NCBI GenBank assembly: GCA_964431775.1
Contig: CAYSKU010000003.1
Coordinates: 1-26,939 of the forward strand
DNA length: 26,939 bases
DNA from: an uncultured Ruminococcus sp.
Lineage (GTDB): Bacteria; Bacillota; Clostridia; Oscillospirales; CAG-272
Reading direction: 5' to 3'
The notes below the pieces were generated by a model. It worked only from the letters and a program-made list of their open reading frames with translations, was not told where the DNA came from and searched no databases. The position numbers and the translations under genes are program-made. Shown here in pieces: positions 25,801-26,939 of this stretch. The first letter of the stretch is position 1, and each line of letters begins with the position of its first letter.

Positions 25801-26025
25801 CAGACCCTTGCCTCTAAGCGTCTCGGTCAGGCGGCGGAGGCAATAGACGCACTCGATGACGGCGCAAAGTCCGCAGCTCCCGTAGCAGCAGCTCTTGCAG
25901 CTATCGCAAGTGAAGACATTGCAGAGCTTCGTGACGCAGCTACCGGTCTCGGCGCATCCTACTCCGAGATAGCAGGCTACCTCACCGATGCCGCAAACGC
26001 TCTTGAATCTTATATCGTTGATTGA
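22843..26025 (+). CDS. Large extracellular solute-binding protein of a carbohydrate ABC transporter (1060 aa) with N-terminal beta-sandwich/CBM-like domains
   Basis: RBS AGGAGG; signal peptide; two similar segments (VTWEFEVPAEGMYAVAIDY; VEYEFDVTSAGLYEIVFRY); C-terminal half SBP-like (MMFYRTDIMADLGLEIPETWDDL); followed by a sugar permease. Confidence 0.85.
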   Translation: MRKTTCKKLTCLMLSLLMCAGAFPSLISAADTSEKTEKTALQEISESFKFISYAEYKEKYADVARGTGTVTVSAIDYKADETDAEVEIVSDYQGGSGKALMIPDAGKVTWEFEVPAEGMYAVAIDYCSVTDKTNSIERTLYINGAVPCSEARYLLMKKTWRNNYTENPETGELRFEVDSNGNELRPTSTVDHEWKTYEFIDSNTYYADPFEFYFQKGTNTLSLEAVREDMVVSEIRIYPYEDNVSYDEYVSGKTEASAEPIHIHAETPSATSDYTVYPIYDRKSPITEPQDASKIMLNTIGSEKWTTPGQWVEYEFDVTSAGLYEIVFRYRQNELPGMYTSRKIYIDDKIPFEEANYVKFNYNTEWQVEAANNGADTFQFYLEEGHHTLKLEVTLGEMGDVVRQVSDIMTSVNNDYLEILKLTGSSPDKYRDYGFGRVLPDVIEDLVVQHLALEEVIGYVEGMANVKSQNSATLDTISRLLLKMGTDEDEIAKNLSELKSQVGTLGEWINDVKKQPVEIDYINIQPASAELPRANANIFSAMWFEIKSFIASFFTDYNSLGSSGSVGDEAVNVDVWVTTGRDQAQIIRNLMDNDFGPSTGINATLKLVAGGTLLPSVLAGVGPEVALPGTGVDPIQYAIRSAVLALNPDAYTDQEGDDEETKAYNAKMRDAFSSFDEVKSRFTEAAFIPITLYGKTYALPDTQTWNMMFYRTDIMADLGLEIPETWDDLLAMIPVLQFSNMEIGMSQDYQMYMYQMGEELWADDGMRINLDSNLSLESFETMCNMFTQYSLPVSYDFANRFRTGEMPICIQAYTAYNNIIIFATEIAGLWDFGPIPGFEKEDGTIDNTSMSSVSALVMMAGAKNIKEAWEFMSWYTDTKFQVDYSNELVAILGPAAKNATANMAALEELPWTSHEYGQLMKQMANTAAITAYPGSYILGRYTNFAFLAAYNDHADPVDSLLGYINTINKEITRKRTEFDLETLEIGQTLASKRLGQAAEAIDALDDGAKSAAPVAAALAAIASEDIAELRDAATGLGASYSEIAGYLTDAANALESYIVD

Positions 26026-26073
26026 TTTCCTTAAGATCATTTTTAGACGAAAATCTAACAAAGGAGAGAGCAC

Positions 26074-26939
26074 ATGTCTAACAATACTGAAAAGCAAGTC
26101 AAGACTCGCAAAGAGATGACAAAAGCGGAATGGACATGGTTTCTTGTGAAGAGAAATAAGACAGCCTACTTCATGATCGCTCCGTTCATGATCCTGTTCT
26201 TCATCTTCACGATCATCCCCGTTGCACTGTCTCTCGTGCTGAGCTTCACGTCGTTCAATATGCTCGAATGGCCGAAGTTTATCTTCATGGATAACTACAT
26301 CACGCTGTTCCTTGACGACGACCTCTTCGTTACCGCTCTGAAGAATACCTTCATCTTCGCGGCGATAACCGGTCCCGCATCCTATATCATTTCCTACGTC
26401 GTTGCATGGTTCATAAACGAGCTTCCCCCGAAGATCCGCGCTATCGTAACGCTCGTCTTCTACGCTCCGTCTATCGCCGGTAACGTATATCTTATCTGGG
26501 GTACGCTGTTCTCCAGTGATGCATACGGTTGGGTCAACGGCTTCCTGCTCGATATGGGCGTCATCGACACCCCGATCCTCTGGTTCCAGGACGCAGATTA
26601 CGTCATGCCCCTTATCATCATGGTCGCACTCTGGACGTCCCTCGGTACATCGTTCCTTTCCTTCATCGCAGGTCTTCAGGGTATCGATACCGCACTCTAC
26701 GAGGCCGGCGCGATCGACGGTGTAAAGAACAGATGGCAGGAGCTCTGGTACATCACCCTTCCGTCCATGAAGCCGCAGCTGATGTTCGGTGCGATCCTCT
26801 CCATAACCGGTTCCTTCGGTTTCGGTGGTATCGTTACCGCACTCGCCGGCAACCCGTCCGTTGACTACGTTGCATATACGCTGACGCATCACCTTGAGGA
26901 ATATCAGGGCAACCGTTGGGAGGTCGGCTACGCCTCCGC
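26074..26939 (+). CDS. Carbohydrate ABC transporter permease (partial; runs off the window, so absent from the ORF track)
   Basis: RBS AAGGAG, then ATG 26074: MSNNTEKQ..AYFMIAPFMILFFIFTIIPV..; EAA loop LYEAGAIDGVKNRWQELWYITLPSMKP. Confidence 0.92.
   Translation, partial: MSNNTEKQVKTRKEMTKAEWTWFLVKRNKTAYFMIAPFMILFFIFTIIPVALSLVLSFTSFNMLEWPKFIFMDNYITLFLDDDLFVTALKNTFIFAAITGPASYIISYVVAWFINELPPKIRAIVTLVFYAPSIAGNVYLIWGTLFSSDAYGWVNGFLLDMGVIDTPILWFQDADYVMPLIIMVALWTSLGTSFLSFIAGLQGIDTALYEAGAIDGVKNRWQELWYITLPSMKPQLMFGAILSITGSFGFGGIVTALAGNPSVDYVAYTLTHHLEEYQGNRWEVGYAS

Noticed and set aside
23110-26892. 1260-aa antisense ORF spanning the SBP and permease genes
   Set aside because: It is in exact codon register with both sense genes (which share a frame, 48-nt gap). 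It stays open only because they avoid TTA/CTA/TCA codons. No recognisable motifs.

Overview
GC-rich chromosomal window, probably from a Clostridia-like Firmicute (inferred from gene content and sigmaA-type promoters). It carries ordinary housekeeping and sugar-use genes: a small Cys-rich membrane protein, DUF5107/TPR protein, uvrB, galactokinase, rlmH, a metallophosphoesterase, a WG-repeat protein, an orphan type IIA topoisomerase B subunit, GH51 arabinofuranosidase, a MacB-like ABC fusion, cysteine desulfurase, and a very large sugar-binding protein followed by an ABC permease cut off at the window edge. The striking feature is non-coding. Most intergenic gaps hold a modular dispersed repeat family with three parts. 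(H) A 15-nt hairpin has a TGA loop and a 6-bp stem seen in 7 different perfectly paired versions; it is expandable in 28-bp units. (C) A 56-bp length-conserved core, ATCGGCG-N26-CCCACGA-N12-TGCA, occurs in 23 clear and 2 degenerate copies. (B) A multi-hairpin CTCCCT..GGGAG module occurs 5 times. Hairpins start at or within about 4 nt of stop codons in the sense orientation, two supply the stop codon itself, and inverted copies face downstream promoters, giving REPIN/BOX-like composites. No transposase, RAYT, Cas or Tas gene is in the window. All alignments and folds were done by eye.
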